NCBI GenBank assembly: GCA_001662655.1
Contig: KV460224.1
DNA: 64,000 nt
DNA from: Pseudogymnoascus verrucosus
Taxonomy: Eukaryota
Strand: one strand, 5' to 3'
Shown: positions 61,605-64,000 of the stretch, piece by piece
How the letters are laid out: every line of letters starts with the position of its first letter
Numbering within the stretch: position 1 is the first letter of the stretch
The notes under the pieces: generated by a model
What the model was told of the DNA's origin: nothing
The model's input: only the letters and a program-made list of their open reading frames with translations
Database searches by the model: none
Translations under genes and position numbers: made by a program

Positions 61605-64000
61605 CTACTCCCACGCCGGCCTCTCCACATCCTGCAACCTCGCCAACTCCAAAAACAACCTATACATATAAACCCCCCTATCCACATCCCTCAACGCCTT
61701 CCCAAACCACCTCCTCCCCTCCTCCGCCACCTCCCTCGCCAACCCCTCCCCCGTCTGCGTCCCCGTCAAATACGCTACTATCTCCGGAACCTCCTCCATC
61801 TCCTGGCTGATAGGTATATAATGCACCCACGGCACCAACCGCTCGTCATGCCACTCCCTCAACAGTGTCTGCTTCAGCGGCACAGACTTGGACGCGAGGA
61901 GCTTGTAGTACCGCCCGCTAATGCCGTTGCCGTCGAGGTCGAACACCAGCTTTGAGCGTAGGGGGCGATCCTTATCCGACCACGGCTTGGTGGGGAAATA
62001 CGCGCTTTGATCTTTGCAATTGTCTTTCTCACACTGGAGTATTCTTGAGAAACCAACATCGTACAGCCGGCTATTAAGAAATAGACTCGTCACGCGAGTC
62101 ACTACCCCCTCAACCTCAGTGAGGTAGTAATGCGCTTTCCGCTCCAGATTCTGCGCCAGCATCACGAACCGCTGGCGGTGGTAGTATCGCCATTTATCAT
62201 TATTCGCGTAGCCCCCCGTCGTCGACCCAGCCCAGTAGAGGTTATTCCGCTTCGCCTCCCATTCCACATCTCCCGACTCATCGTAGCGGAAGCCCGGCTC
62301 GATGTACGCAGCGGGGGGGTAGACGAAGTCGCTCATGGTGGATGGCACGCCGCATGAGAGGACGGGCACGAGGCCTTCGATTAGTTTGAAGGAGGTGGGG
62401 CTGAGAGCGAGGCCGTTCAGGTCGCTGTACTCGGGGTGAGAGCAGAGATCTATGGTTGCGGTTAGGTTGTTGACGAAGGGGATGTCATAGCCTTCGACGG
62501 GGTAGTCGGGCTCGGCGGGGCGTGTGCTTTGTTGGGTGGGACAGAATTTGGTGAGTTTATCCCAGACGGGTTGGCCGCCCCTGTGGTTGATGGTGAATTC
62601 TGTCGAAGCATTGCTGGTTCTATTGAGTCCGCTATGGAAGTCTCCCACTGGCGATGGGGGGAATAGGACTCTCGGCTCGTCGAGGTGGTTGATGAGGAAT
62701 TTGACCTCGGGAAGAACGCCACGCAAATTCTCGAACATCCCATTTAGGTAGTTTTGAATATTCCTATCGGCAGTACGATAGGGATGACTGCAGCTCGTTT
62801 GAGCTTGGTCACTTGCGAAGGTACAGAACCACAGGTCGCTGTCTTTAGTTTCGTATACACGAGTAATTATTTCGTTAACCTCTCTACCGCTTAGTTTCCA
62901 GAGCGGCGAGATGCTATGGAAAAGCTGGTCAAAGTCATCAATTATAGGTGACTGGTGCAACGTCGCATATTCATGCCAGGCTTTGAATCCAGGTGGGGGA
63001 TCAACGGCATATCGACGACGATACTCGTTATGAGCTGCTGTGTAGTTCATGGACTGGCGCTCAACCAAGCTTTCAAAGCCTGCCTTGGCATTGTGGATCA
63101 AACTTGCGATCGGATGTTCTTGGGAGCGTACAAGTATGGATTGTGCCGTTTGGATGGCAATGGTGTTGGCAATGAATGGAACAAGAGAGGCGAGAGAGAA
63201 TACCCAGAGAGCTGACTTGGCTGCCGCCTGCCTGGGGAGGATGTGGATGACCTGGCCAAGGACGAGGAAAGATACTATGACATGTGATACAGCTTGGGTA
63301 TCCAAAGTCTGTACGAAAGGATCTAAGGTGGATACAATGCTGAATGTTGCAGTCGTAGTGACGGTACGCCAGGAAGAGTTCCGAGCCTAGGGCAGTGAGT
63401 ATGATGAAAGACTCAAGATAAGGACTTTACTTACTGTCTGTATAATAAAATGCCAAGTGAATGATTTGGCCAAGCCCAGGGTTAAAGTCATTAAAGGTTC
63501 GCTAGTTGCAAAATCAAACGCCACCTTCTCGACGCCAAGTAGAATGGCTAACAAGATGACAACCCGGACTGCGAGAGGGAGGATGGCGTTTTCGATATCA
63601 AAAGGCTGAATAAATCGGGAGCCTTTGATATTTCCTGAGGTCAAAACGTCGAAGAGTACCAATAGACCAGCACCCGGGATAATCAACAGCGTATACCACC
63701 GGAAATCCCAATCCAGCATGGTGAGAATGACAAACAAAGCAGCCAGGGCTGTGCCCCATACCGTGTTCACGAACGGGGAGAAGAAGCGCGAATCAGCGGA
63801 TGTACGGACATCAGACCGAAGATACCTCTGGGCTGCCAGAAGTAATGGCGTTAATATAGGCTGGTGATGTTAGCTATGTGAACATGTGTCTGGCACGTGG
63901 GCTGTCTTACCAAAAATGCAATCATGAAGCTCTCCGCTCTAAAAATACAAAACGTGACAATGCTCAACGAAACGAGCCATAATGACGCCGCAGTCGCAGG
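61605..64000 (-). CDS. Glycosyltransferase family 90 (CAP10/Cxt1-like) with N-terminal membrane region; 5' end outside window
   Basis: HPIASLI, EYRRRYAVDPPPGF..W, INHLDEPRVL, LYWAGSTTGG, DLDGNGISGRYYKLLAS, EWHDERLVPWVHYIP, YMYRLFLELARL. Confidence 0.9.

Noticed and set aside
1..64000. CRISPR arrays, rRNA, intact transposases, retroelement ORFs or a Starship tyrosine-recombinase captain
   Set aside because: No repeat-spacer array and no recognisable DDE, RT, integrase or DUF3435-like ORF was seen.

Overview
Intron-rich eukaryotic DNA from a filamentous ascomycete (Pezizomycotina; Pseudogymnoascus-like gene style is an impression, not tested). About 1-50 kb is a variable region: CAZymes (cutinase, GH2 exo-beta-D-glucosaminidase, GH7 endoglucanase), two Zn2Cys6 transcription factors, a hexokinase paralogue, an APC-family permease, an F-box/ankyrin gene, redox and transferase enzymes, a small secreted Cys-rich protein, two tRNA genes, at least three pseudogenes, a MITE-like inverted repeat and an alpha/beta-hydrolase-NACHT-WD NLR-like gene. 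About 50.5-64 kb is mostly housekeeping: LysM protein, CHIP U-box ligase, QCR10, PSF2 and a GT90. The main find is a candidate chitosan/glucosamine-utilisation regulon at 7-19.7 kb. It consists of two divergent gene pairs (Zn2Cys6 TF/hexokinase and amine permease/GH2 glucosaminidase) whose promoters share the 13-bp motif TCGGCRAAGYCGG. All exon models were assembled by eye, so boundaries are approximate.
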